From Chiloscyllium plagiosum (taxonomy: Eukaryota), in the NCBI RefSeq assembly GCF_004010195.1, contig NC_057755.1:697581-761580 (forward strand): a stretch of 64,000 bases of DNA. Reading direction: 5' to 3'. Position 1 is the first letter of the stretch; each line of letters starts with the position of its first letter. Under the pieces are notes generated by a model that was not told the DNA's origin, ran no database searches, and saw nothing but the letters and a program-made list of their open reading frames with translations. This document shows positions 52,381-64,000 of the stretch, in pieces. A program made the translations under genes and the position numbers.

Positions 52381-53989
52381 TGTCAGTAGAAATGCTTTTA
52401 GTTCGGACTCATCCGACAATTAGCCCCAGGGCCTGGCTTCACAAACAGACAAAGATTGTTTGGTCTGTTTCTTTTACCACAAGCTCTCTCAAAGGCCACA
52501 AGTTATTTTCAGCAAACAGTTCTTAGTTTACAGCTCGAAACACATTTTATTAAAAATTACAAATAACAAAAAGTCACTGAAAGTTCTATCACCTCTACGC
52601 CCCATCATTTCTGGTGTATTGTTCACCTCCTTTGTGAAGGCTCTGTGGGGATATAGACAGCAAGGGTTTAGAGTAATATGTGCCAAATTGGACCATTTAG
52701 GATATCTGGTCAGCATGGCTGAGTTTGATTTGATTCGATTTGATTGATTTATTATGACATGCACAGACGCCCAGTGAAAAGATTTGCTTATGAGAAACAC
52801 TGGTATATCATACGAAGCAAGAATATAAAGAACAAAAGATTTAAACAGATGTACAAAGGTCACATTGCACATGGCAGACAAGAGAGATCAGAGTGAGATA
52901 GATCAGCATTACTTGAGTCATGAGACACCATTCAATAGTCTAACGACAGCTGGGCAGAAGCTGTTCCTGAACCTGCTGGTGTGCGTTCAGGCTTCCGTAC
53001 CTTCAGCCTGACAGAAGAAGTTGCTGGGGATCATTACCGCGTTGGGAGGGGTCTAACCGAGTCCATCAATGGAAGGTTGGCTCATGCAATGGCCTGGTTT
53101 GTCAGGATGTCAGACTGGGATGAGGTAACATTTTGATGCAGGTAATGAATTGATTTTTTTTTGTTTCTGATTTCCAGCGTCTGCAGTTCCTTTGGTTTTG
53201 AACAGCTCCTTCTCCAACCTGTTACACCGAATGAGGCGATTCAGCAGGTGGAGGCGATGGCCTTGTGGAATTATCACTGGACTGTCAATCCAGAGACCCA
53301 GATAATGTACTGGGGACCCGGACACAGCAGATGGCAGTATTTAAATTCAATAAAAGTCTGGAATTAAAGAGGCTAATGATGACCGGTTGTTGGTTCAATC
53401 ATACCCTTGAGAGATGGAAACTGCTGTCCATCCCTGGTCAGTACGACATGTGACTCCAGAACCATAACAATGAGGTTGACACTTACCTGCCCTCGAGGCA
53501 ATTAGGGATGGCCGATAAATGCGGGAGCCAGCAAGCGACGCCCTCATCCCCTGAATGAATAGAAACAAAGCTCCTTCTTGAAACGGTAACAGAAGAATTG
53601 GAGGAGGCAATATTTTTCACTTTTAGCTGGCAGATGCGAACAGCAGAAATCCATTCATCCGCTCTCATGTAAGGACAAGAACAGCAGATGGACATTACAT
53701 CAGTCCACACTGTTCTACTTGTTAAATAAAAGGCACTTAGTAAAGGGAAGGTGTGAGCAGTGGGAATTTGCGTGATGTTCAGTGACAATTGCATTGGGAA
53801 TGAGGAGTAGTCGGTGAGGTGGAGAGACGTGATCCTGGGAGGCAATGCAACAGGGAGGCAACTAATTGCATGAATGGGCAAATTGAGAGCAAGGCTCAAT
53901 GTTCACTTTTGGAAATTTGAAAGGATGAGACCATTTGTTGATAGCTCATTGGAAGACTTTGCTTCTCTCCCCAACATGGAATAAAGCTC

Positions 53990-55300
53990 CATATAATCTC
54001 TATTACCCTGCACTTAATCCTTTCTCTATTCCCCACTATTTAATCATCTCTATCATCCTGTATGCAATCTACTCTCTTCCCCAGCGTTTAATTCCCTTCT
54101 GATTACCTTGTCAGTCACTTTATTTCTCTCTCTCTCCCACTCTCTGTCTCTCTCTCTCCCTCTCTCTGTCTCTCTCTCTCTCTCCTTCCCTCTCTATCAC
54201 TCTCTCTCTCTTTCTCGTTCTCTCTGTGTATAAGCCCTTATCTCTATCCATCCCTTCTATTCGCTACCTGGTATTTACTCCTCCCTCTCTTCGTCTGTAT
54301 TTAGCCTCCACTCTTATTCTTTACTCGACCCAATTGCTGTCTGTATTTGATTTTCTCTATTTCCCTGTCATTATCCATCTCTCTTCCTTTGCATTGAAAC
54401 CTCTCCGTGTTACTCTCTGTTTTGTCCTGTCCAAAAAACCTCCCGTTTAATCTTCTCACAAGTACTCTCCATTGCTCCGCTCTACTTAAATCGCACACAT
54501 GACAATCATTAACATTCACTCTGTATTAAACTTTCTGCCTCTTACTCTCTCATTAGCCCTCTCACTATTGCTCTTCATTTATCCTATTCACTCTGTATTT
54601 AACCCTTTCCTTTCCCCTATATTTAACCTTCCCCCTGCTATCCTGCATTCAGCTCTCTCCTCATTACTCTCCATTTAATTCTTTTCCTATTACTCTGTAT
54701 TAACTCCCCTCCATTTCCCCTTAACTGAACAAACACATTACTCCACTGTGTTCAACACTCACCCTACTACTCTGAATTGTATCCTCTCAAGTTTCAAAAA
54801 GGTGGTAACCCACCATCAAGTCACTCTGCATTCACACTTGCATAGTACATGACACTGACCCAGCCAGCACAAAGCTGGTTCCTCCAGTGAGCAGAACCCT
54901 TACAACCTTGTTTATATCTGTCAGCCAGGACTTCCTGATTGTACCAGTTTAGCAGCCCTAATCAGGGAACTCATATTCAAGGAGATCCATCTGGCTGAGC
55001 TCATCACAATCCCTTCAGTTTCTCCTGTATTAACTCTCTTCCTGTGTCCCTGTAATCAGGTTCCTCCCTCTTATTCCTTCTCCTAATAATTTCTATTAAA
55101 TCTTCCACAGTTTCTGTCTCACACTCCCCCTTTTCCTGCATTCATCTGTCTCCCTGTTACTTTCCACTTCACCCTCACCTATTGTCTATTTAATCCTCTC
55201 CCCATTATTGTCTGTTAAATTCTCTTCCTATTGTATTTTTAACACTATCTATATCTGTATTTAACCCTCCCTCTTTCCCCAATGCTCTTTAATTAATGCC
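53990..55300. repeat. Pyrimidine-rich low-complexity tract including (CT)n at 54125-54225; inverted paralog at ~42980-44100
   Basis: Strong strand asymmetry with recurring ctctgtatttaa words. Confidence 0.7.
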
Positions 55301-55879
55301 CTCCACCCCTAGCCACCCCTTCCAGAAAAAATATTTACTTTCTACAATAACCAGTGAACGGGTGTTCCTGCCTCATCAGTCTCCACAACCGCTAAAACGA
55401 CAGCCGCTGCTCTGTGCTGCCGGCTCTCTGGCCGGCGTTGGGACTGCAGATCCATCCCAACATGCTGGAGGAGCTCGGTAGCACCCCCACAAGGTCAGAG
55501 ACAGTATCGCTTTTAAGAAGAAGAAAGGCATATCCTTAATATGAACTTGTACTGTATTGATGCATAAATAGAAACAGATATAATATACAACAGTACTTAC
55601 ATATAAACATTAAGAGCTTAAATATGGAACAATACTTGGATATAAACTGGAACATCTCCAATACAAATATTATTTACGTTCCAATACACGATAACAGTAT
55701 TTGCAAACACAATCAGCTCTAATACACGACAATATTTATACAGACACAAACAACTCTTGCATGCAACTAAACATAATTTATATTATGCACATAAAACATG
55801 AAATGATGTGTATATGAAGGACTCGTAGCAAGGAAGTGAATGCACTGTTGCCAAATTTGCAGATAACACAAACATAAAA

Positions 55880-56665
55880 GGGAAGGCATGTTGGGACATT
55901 GTGTGTGCTTTCTTAGGTATGGGGATAGTGGTGGTCTTCTAGAGGTAGATGGGGACGTCAGCTTGTTGGAAGGAGACGTTGAAGATGTCGGTGAATACCC
56001 TTGCCAGTTGGTCTGTACAATATGTAAGAGCATGGCCAGGGACTCCATGCATGCCCGCTGCTTTCCTTGGGTTGACTGTCGAGAAGGCGATTATGACATG
56101 TTCAGCCTTGAACGAGGGAACATGTGCGTTAGGGGATGTAGGTGCAGGCGTCACTGAGCCACTGTATTCTGCTGAAACTATCAGAGAAAGCATTGACCTC
56201 CTCAGCCAGCGATGTGTCTTTTTCCGCTAACTTGCTATGCTCATTTTGCATCCCGTAATGTTCTTTCGGCTTTGCCATAGGCGATGAGAGACTGGTAGGT
56301 ATGGGCCTCTGATGTGGTCTTGTCTTTGCTCATGCCGACCCTGAAGGCCCTGAGGAGGTATTGTCCGGATCCCCTGCATAGGTTTGGGTCTTCCAACTTG
56401 AATGTTGCCTGTCTGGTCTTCAGTTGGGAGTGGATTTCCTGATTCACCCAATGTCTACGCTTGGAGAACACTTGAATTTATTTCTGCAGTCTTCCATGCA
56501 TTTGCTAATGATGGTGGTGATTACTCATCCAGGTTTTCTGCTGAGTACTTGACACGATCCAGTACATCAATTCTAAGCAGTCCCAGAGACTGTCATTCAC
56601 AGCCTCAGACCAGCATTGTACTTCGTGTTGTGAAGAGTGCTTTCATTTCAGCTTCTGCTTGTAAG
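55880..56665 (-). mobile_element. Rex1/Babar-type LINE fragment, paralog of 13000-13790
   Basis: ORF 55939-56193 contains VNPRKAAGMHGVPGHALTYCTDQLARVFTDIFNVSF. Confidence 0.8.
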
Positions 56666-56824
56666 CTCTACCCATACATCGGAGAGATTCGGACCTGAGG
56701 GCACAGGCACAGAATGGAGAGACGACTTTTGGAACAGAAATGAGAATGAATTTCTGCAGACAGCGGATAGGTAATCTATGGAAACAATTGACGCAAAAGT
56801 CTGTGGAGGCGAGGACATTGACTG

Positions 56825-57413
56825 TGTGATGATGTTGCTCCTTTACAAAGTTTATTTTGTCCTTCATTTTTTTTTTCTTGGAGTTTTGGCAAATGTAGCG
56901 GTTCCCGGGTGTCTAGTCTGGGTGCGATCTGTCACAGCTAACAGACACTGCTCAGGAGAAGGTTTGGATGTAAACAAACAAATGACAGCGGAGTGGCCAA
57001 TTCTCCCAGCTCAGTTTTTCTCTGGTCTGATTTAGTTTGGTTTGGTGTTCGTAATCAGTCAGTTTTTCAAACTTCTGGTAAAAGGAACAGCTACATGGAA
57101 GAAGTTGTTCCACGTTGAATTTCTCTCTGACATCTCTGCTGTAAGACACTGTGTTTGATTTCAACCGTTCTGTCATGGGGTGTTTGTGGGGATTGTTGCA
57201 GGGATTTGGAGCAATATTTAATTTGGGATCGTCTGGTGTGTTTTCTGATAGGTTACGTTATTCTGTATTCTTTTCTCTTTTGTTAGTGTTTCATTCGGTT
57301 ATCAGGAGCTCAATTTCTTCTGGTATACACACTTTAAAATTGCTCAAAACAAGTAGAAAAGTTAGGGTCTGGGCTATCATCTTGACATGTATTGAAAGGG
57401 TTTGGTCCATAAC
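56825..57413 (+). mobile_element. Solo LTR of the same Gypsy family (copy C unit)
   Basis: tgtgatgatgttgctcct...ggtccataaca (TG...CA), homologous to 21920-22170 plus 24075-24348. Confidence 0.8.
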
Positions 57414-60212
57414 AAATATATTAAAACTAGAGATATATGGATTCCTGATTGGTATGGGAATCATAAGTTAAGAGGAGAAGGCAAGAGAACAGATTTGAAG
57501 AATTGGTCATTCATGTTCAAATGGCAGAGCAGACCCGATGGGCCAAATGGTCTACTTCCGCTCCTGCGTTGTATTGACGTATAATGCAATATGTAACAAC
57601 ATTTATATGGACACAAATAGCTTCAACAAGAAAACAATATTTACATATTGCATCCTTGGTTCAAAAATGGACAAAAGAATTGGACTCCGGCCTTTCACTG
57701 AATATTCCGCTGTGTTGTTTAGTTAATTACACTTCGGTCCTTGTACTGAAGGAACAGTTCAGCTATCAGGATGCAGGAGGTACTGAAATTGATATTTAGA
57801 TATTTCCCAGGTTGTCAGAAATAAGCCATTGAAAGCAATCTGTGCACCGTGACCTGCTGAATGGTTCAAATCTCCTTTTTCAGGAGAGGGAGTCTCATGA
57901 TCAGACATAGACAGAACCATACCCAGAGGGACACAGAAACACACCCAAACTCTCACACACATATACACATACACGCAGACACACACCCACACTCTCACAC
58001 ACTCACAAAGCACACCCACACACAGAAATACAGTCAAAGTGGGATATAGGAACAGACTAACAAACAAACGCACACATACACCCACGCACATGCACAACAC
58101 AAAATAACACAGTCAAACTGAAATGGGGGAACACACTGACACAAAGACGACAGAAATATTCTCACACCTTCATAACACACAGAAATACAATTAGAGTGCA
58201 GAAGACTGCACAACTACTCACATGCGTGCATACACACACATACACACACGCACGCACGCACACACACGGAAAAACAGACGTACTGAGACAAAAAAGAAAG
58301 ACATAAATGTTCAGACAGAACACATACACGTCCACTCACAAAGGAATACAATCATACTGAGATATCGTAACAAATACACACACACACACACAAATACAGA
58401 CATGCTGACAGAGAAAGTAACACACCCATGTACATGCCTGATGTATACTGTCCACACACAGAGAAATTGTTATACTGAGATATAAGAACACATCTCCATA
58501 GAGACACAGAATTACACCCACTGCCCCAACACATATATAAACGAACACAGAGTAAGAGACATTGTACGCCAACCTGCAATAACTGACAGAAACTTCTTAT
58601 GCATACACACAAACACATTCAAACACAGTTAATGAACTACAATCACAATACGATACAGACAGAGAGCGATACTCAGAAACAAACTGAGACACACCCAAGA
58701 GAGGAACAGAGAGATCCTGCTGGGGGCACAGAAAGATCTTGACACACGGACAGACAGCCAAACACAGTCTGATCAACACACTCACCTGCTTAAAAAAGAG
58801 CACAGCCAGGTAGAGACACATCCCACATTCCCACAATAATACACTGACACTCAGAGGCACATACACACATAGAATCACAAAGCCTTCATGACATACTGAT
58901 AGTAACACCACCACACCCCCACACACAAGCACACACACAGAAAACCACACAGTCATAGGACTGTAACCGCAAATACAGCATGCACACAAGCACAAACGCA
59001 TCAGATGCACATGTGCAAAACACACACAGGTACACAATCACACAGGCACAGTAGCGTGCACTCAACTTCACAGAAACACTCGCATATAGACTGAATAACA
59101 TTCCAAATACATAAACAACTGAAGTTGAAGTCACAGACATTCTTCGCAATACACACAAAGTGAAACACACACACACAGATGCATAAACATACTCATAATG
59201 TGTCACACTCACGGATGACAATTACGGAGGGACGCTCTCACACAGAGTGAGTTCCTCAAAAAGGCAATGACGTCCCTCCACCCCACATAGAGACATACAG
59301 AGACCCTCACACACTGAAAGGTAAATTCATGAATACACCTCCCGCACAGCACATGGAAAGGAAAGGGAAATGATCAAAGTTCAGCAGACTTAATTACAGT
59401 AATGTGTCAAAGGATTTCTAATGTATCTGTGCACTTCGTATTTTGCAAACTCATTGCCTGGGGAAAGATCAGTGATTGTATGGATCAGGAACGGATTTGA
59501 GTCAGTGTAAGTGAGGATGTGTTAGACTGAGAAAACAAGTGTCTGACATGGTCCAATTAAAAAAAAAACTCAGAGGGCGAGGGAGAGACAGAGAGGGACA
59601 AAGAACTAAATAGACAGACAAAGAAGGAGAGACATTAATGGAGACAGAGGGACAGAAAAACACATAAACAGGTAGAAAGACAGAAGGAGAGAGAATGATA
59701 CAGACAGTGAGGGACACATACAGCAAAGCAAACAGAGAGAGTGAAACTGAGCAAGAAGCTGAGAGATGGGGACAGTGCGAGAGAGAAAGAGAGGAACAAA
59801 GACAGATAGAAAGAGGCAGAAAGAGAGAGAGAGAAAGCAATATCCATGTGATGGGAGGAGACAAGGGGTGGACTCAACAAACTGTCTCAAAAATAAATGT
59901 GCATGTAACAATAACCCATTCAGATTAGGGCATCATCAGCACACGGAACCTTTTACTTGTAACAAAGTGTTAATTGTGAGTTGTATAGAGAGAATCTAAC
60001 AATCATCGTGGTGCAGGAGAGACAGTTTTGACCCTTCCCATTCTCCCCGCAGTGCAAATGCAGAGACCCCTCCTGCCAGTCTGTAACGCTCATCCACAGG
60101 GCAGTCTGTGAACACCCAATGTTACAGAAAACCCATCACTCAGAGCCAGTCCATCATTTCGAATCACTCCTCCAAGCCTCTTTCCATCCTCGTTGCATTT
60201 TAAGTCAAGAAA

Positions 60213-61088
60213 TTACGTAACCAGTTGGTGCACCGCATTCCTGAACTTCTGTCTGAACTTGGGCAGAGTCACTGCATAAAATAGTGTGTTCGTGCTGCAG
60301 CTTAAATCCTTTAGCTTCTCTCCAGGGAACGTAAACTGGATTAGACGCCAGTTCAACAAACGACGTGCTTCATTCATGTTAATGTAAAAGACGTTTGCAA
60401 TGTACACTAACCACAGAAGTATGATGCTGATGGATATGGTTCAGAGGGAAATCACCGACTTCCTCCGACTCTACATCTCTGTGTCTTTGTGACTTTCTCC
60501 CTTCCTCTGACACCACATTCTCTTGCGGACTTGACTGCCCACTAAAATGTGCCTGACCGTCAGAGTGTTCATCAACAGAATTAACAGGAATGGGGTGAAA
60601 TGAGTTAAAATGATATCAAACCATTTAAATCCCAGCCATCTGGGATCAGTAAAAGAACTTGACTTTGTTATGCAGAAAATCGGAACATTGTCAATGTTCT
60701 TGCCAGGTTTATACCTAAAATAGAAGGGAATACATTTTAAACACAGCAGAATGTCAGTTGCAGCCAAAGCCACAGTCAAGGCTTTTTCTGTCCAATATTT
60801 ATGCTTCAGTTTCAAGCAGAAAATGGCGAGAAAACAATCAAAGAAGAAAAGGACAGTGAACCAGACAGAACAGTCTGTGGGTGCACGCACCAATACAGAG
60901 ACAGCATTGCACACAGGAGTGATGTTAAGGAAAAACCTTGGGTAGTAAAAAAACTCTGAATCGCTACAGCATGATGTTGGTGAGAATGAACAATAGTTCA
61001 GACATTGTCACCGCCAACAGCCAGCGCGTTGTGCAGTTAGAGAGGCCGCATTTCCGCCATTTAAGAATAAAAATGAGCAGGAAATTAA
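60213..61088 (-). pseudogene. GPR139-like GPCR, copy C exon 2 (exon 1 presumably beyond the window end)
   Basis: Acceptor cttttgcag|ttaatttc, then VNFLLIFILKWRKCGLSNCTTRWLLAVTMSELL. A TAG near 60966 and a poly-T frameshift follow, then ORF 60471-60914 (TDCSVWFTV...), a TAG at 60471-60473, and the C-terminus SCSTNTLFYAVTLPKFRQKFRNAVHQLVT*. Confidence 0.87.
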
Positions 61089-61769
61089 CTGCAAAAGACA
61101 GAAGGTAAAAGGCAAATCAGAAATTACTGATAAAAACTTATCCTCATCTGCCCAGAGAGCAATGGAAGATCTTCATATCTAACTGGTGCAGGGAATTGAC
61201 AGACGTCAAAAGGGGCATAATTTTTAAGGTGAAAGGTAAGAGGTTGGGGCTATTTGGAGAAAATGCTTTCAGCCAGGCAGTAGTGGGAATGCAACACTTG
61301 GGAGGGTATTGATGGTGGAAACCTCACAACCTTTAAGAACAACCTGGGACGAGATTAGATTTCATCTAGCTTTGATAGCACAAGCTTGATGGGCGGACGG
61401 ACCTATTCAGTACAGTAGTGTTCCAGGGCAGTAAAAATTACTTGCGGGAGGGAGGTTGGTAAGTGAAACATTTTCATGAAATGAATCAAAGGCTGTGGAT
61501 ACAGGAAATATGAAAGAGAAACAGAAACAACCGGTGAAACTCAACAGGTATGGCAGCATCTGTGGAGAGTGAAACAGAGTTAATGCAATCATTCTTCATC
61601 AGATTACCTTCGTCTGAACATTTGTCAAGGATCTCAAAACATCAAGGTTTTCTCCTTGCACAAGGCTCGAGCATTGAGTACAAAGGACGGGGATTCAATT
61701 ACAAACGGGAATTCAGATTCATGGTGTTTTATTTATATAAAATGAAACATTTGTTCGACTGCTTTTAGC

Positions 61770-64000
61770 ATACTGGGCGTAGTGACAGTAATAGAGATGT
61801 AGAGCACGGAAACAGACCCCTTGGTCCAAGTCGTCCTTGCTGACCAGATATTCTATAATAAACTAGTCTAATATGTCCCCATATCCCTCTAACCTTTTCC
61901 ACTTAATTTATCCGTCCAGTCGAATTTTAAATGTTGTAATTGCAACAGCCTTCACCATTTCGTCTAGCTTTTCATTCTACACCTGCACCACGTTTTGCAT
62001 GAAAAATGTTTTCCGTTGGTACTTTTATATCTTTCTCCTCTCACCCGAAACTTATGTTTTCTCATCTATGGACTCCCCAACACCAGGGAAAATACTTTGT
62101 CTATGTGCCCTATCCATGCCCCTCATAATTTTTTTCAACTCTATAATGTCACCCCTCAGCCTCCGATGCTCCAGGGAAAACAGCCCCAGCCTATTCAACC
62201 TCTCAGTATAACTCAAACCCCCCATCCCTGGCAATATGCTTGCAAATACTTTCTTAAACCTTTCATGTTTCACATAATCCTTCCTTTTGGAGTGAGACCA
62301 GAATATCACACAACTTTTCCAAAAGTGGCCTATACAATCTCCTGTACAGCTGGAACATGATCTCACAACTCTTATAACCAATGCTCTGACCAATAAAGGA
62401 GCACATTCCAAACGCTTTCTTCGCTATCCTATCCACTGAATACTCCACGTCCAAGGATACGAGGAACTGCACTCCAAGGTCTCCTTGTTCAATAATACTC
62501 CCCAGGAATTGACCATTGAGTACAGGTCCTGCCCGGATTTGCCATTCCAAAATGCAGCATCTCACATTTATCTCAATTAAACTCCATCTGCCACTCTTCA
62601 GCCCATTGGCCCATCTGGTCAAGATTCCATTTTTCTCTGACATACCTTCTTTGCATCTGCAGCACTTCGAATGTTGGTGATATTTACAAAACGTACTAAC
62701 CATTCCTGCCATATTCACTTCTAAATCATTTATATCAATGACGAAAATCAGTGGACCCAGTACCGACTCTTGTCGCACACCAATGGTCACAGGCCTCTAG
62801 CCTGAAAAGCAACCCTCCACTATCACCCTCTGTCTTCCAGTTTCGAGCCAGTTCTGCATCAAAATAACTAGCTCCCCCTCTATTCTATGTGGTATGAACT
62901 CACAAAGCAGACTATCATGAGGAAAATTGTCAATCACCTTACTGAAGTCCACATAGGTTTTGCCCACCACTCTCCACGCATCAATCCTCTCCGTTACTTC
63001 TTCAAAAAACTGAATCAAGTTAGTGAGACATGATTTCCTATTTGCAAATCCGTGTTGAAAATTCCTAATCACTCCTTCCTTATTCAAATACACGGTACAT
63101 ATGAATCCTGTCCCTCAGGATTCCCCCCAACAACTTACCGCCACTGATGTCAGACTCAACGGTTTATAGTTCCCTGGCTTTTCCTTACCATCTTTCTGAC
63201 ATCGTGACACTACATTAGACAAAATCCAGTCTTCCAGCACCTCACCTGTGACTATTAATTATCCATTTATCTCAACATGGGGCCAGAAATCACTTCCCTA
63301 GCCTCCCAAAGATTTACAGAGTACACCAGTTCAGGTCTTGGGGATTTACCCAACTTTATACGTTCTTTGACATCCAGCAAATCCTGCTCTGGAATATGGA
63401 CATTTTTCAAGATGTCACCATCTAATTCCACACATTCTATATCTTCTATGCCTTTCTCCACAGTAAATACTGATGCAAAATACTCGTTGAGTATCACCCC
63501 CATCTTCTGCATTTCTACACAAAGGCTGCCTTGCTCAACTTTGAGGGGGTCCTCTTCTCTCCTCATTTACACTTTTGTCCTTAATGTATTTAGAAAATCT
63601 CCTTAGATTCTCCTTACCTTTTTGCCAAAGCTATCTCATGTCCCCTTTCTGCCCTGCTGATTTCCCTCTTTAGTATGTTTACTGCATTTTACTCTTCAAA
63701 GGATTCACTCGATCTCTGATATCTATACCTGACGAATGTTCCTTCTTTTTCTTTATCAAAACTTATACCTACCAGCCTTTCCTGTCGCCCTAACTTGAAT
63801 ATACTCTTTCTGGACTCTCGTTGTCTCATTTTTGAAAGCTTCCCATTTTTAACTCTCCCTTTTTCGGAGAACAATTACCTCCAATACACCTTTGGAAGTT
63901 CTTGGCTAATGGCCTTACTCCAATTTAGAACTTTAACTTTTAGATTCGGTCTATCCTTTCCCGTCCCTATTTTAAATTTACAGAGCAGTCTCTGCTCCTC
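61770..64000 (-). mobile_element. CR1 LINE in the intron of copy C (runs off the window)
   Basis: ORFs 62263-62790, 62797-63093 and 63267-63566 include QHGFANRKSCLTNLIQFFEEVT and SVLGPLIFVIDINDL. Confidence 0.9.

Overview
Repeat-rich vertebrate genomic DNA, not prokaryotic. It is inferred to be shark (cartilaginous fish) from HE1-type SINEs, the CR1/Penelope/Rex1/Tx1 repeat mix and the gene families present. There is one 500-N gap (14030-14529). No fully intact protein-coding gene was found. The window is built from diverged segmental duplicates of a unit carrying a two-exon GPR139-like class A GPCR. Copy A (+, 2847-9166) has one nonsense codon, copy B (-, 42138-27003) has a dead splice donor and frameshifts, and copy C (-, exon 2 at 61088-60213) has stops and a frameshift. 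Between A and B lie three decayed ~171-nt NLR-type LRR exons and a Gmr1-like Gypsy element with integrase before RT. The intron of B holds a near full-length Penelope/Neptune-like element (RT + GIY-YIG) with tandem and inverted pseudo-LTRs carrying minimal hammerhead-ribozyme cores; related cores are scattered in short non-autonomous repeats. The region ~42.7-55.6 kb is an old, diverged inverted duplication. Repeat boundaries were read by eye and are approximate; exon, TSD and ribozyme coordinates were counted.
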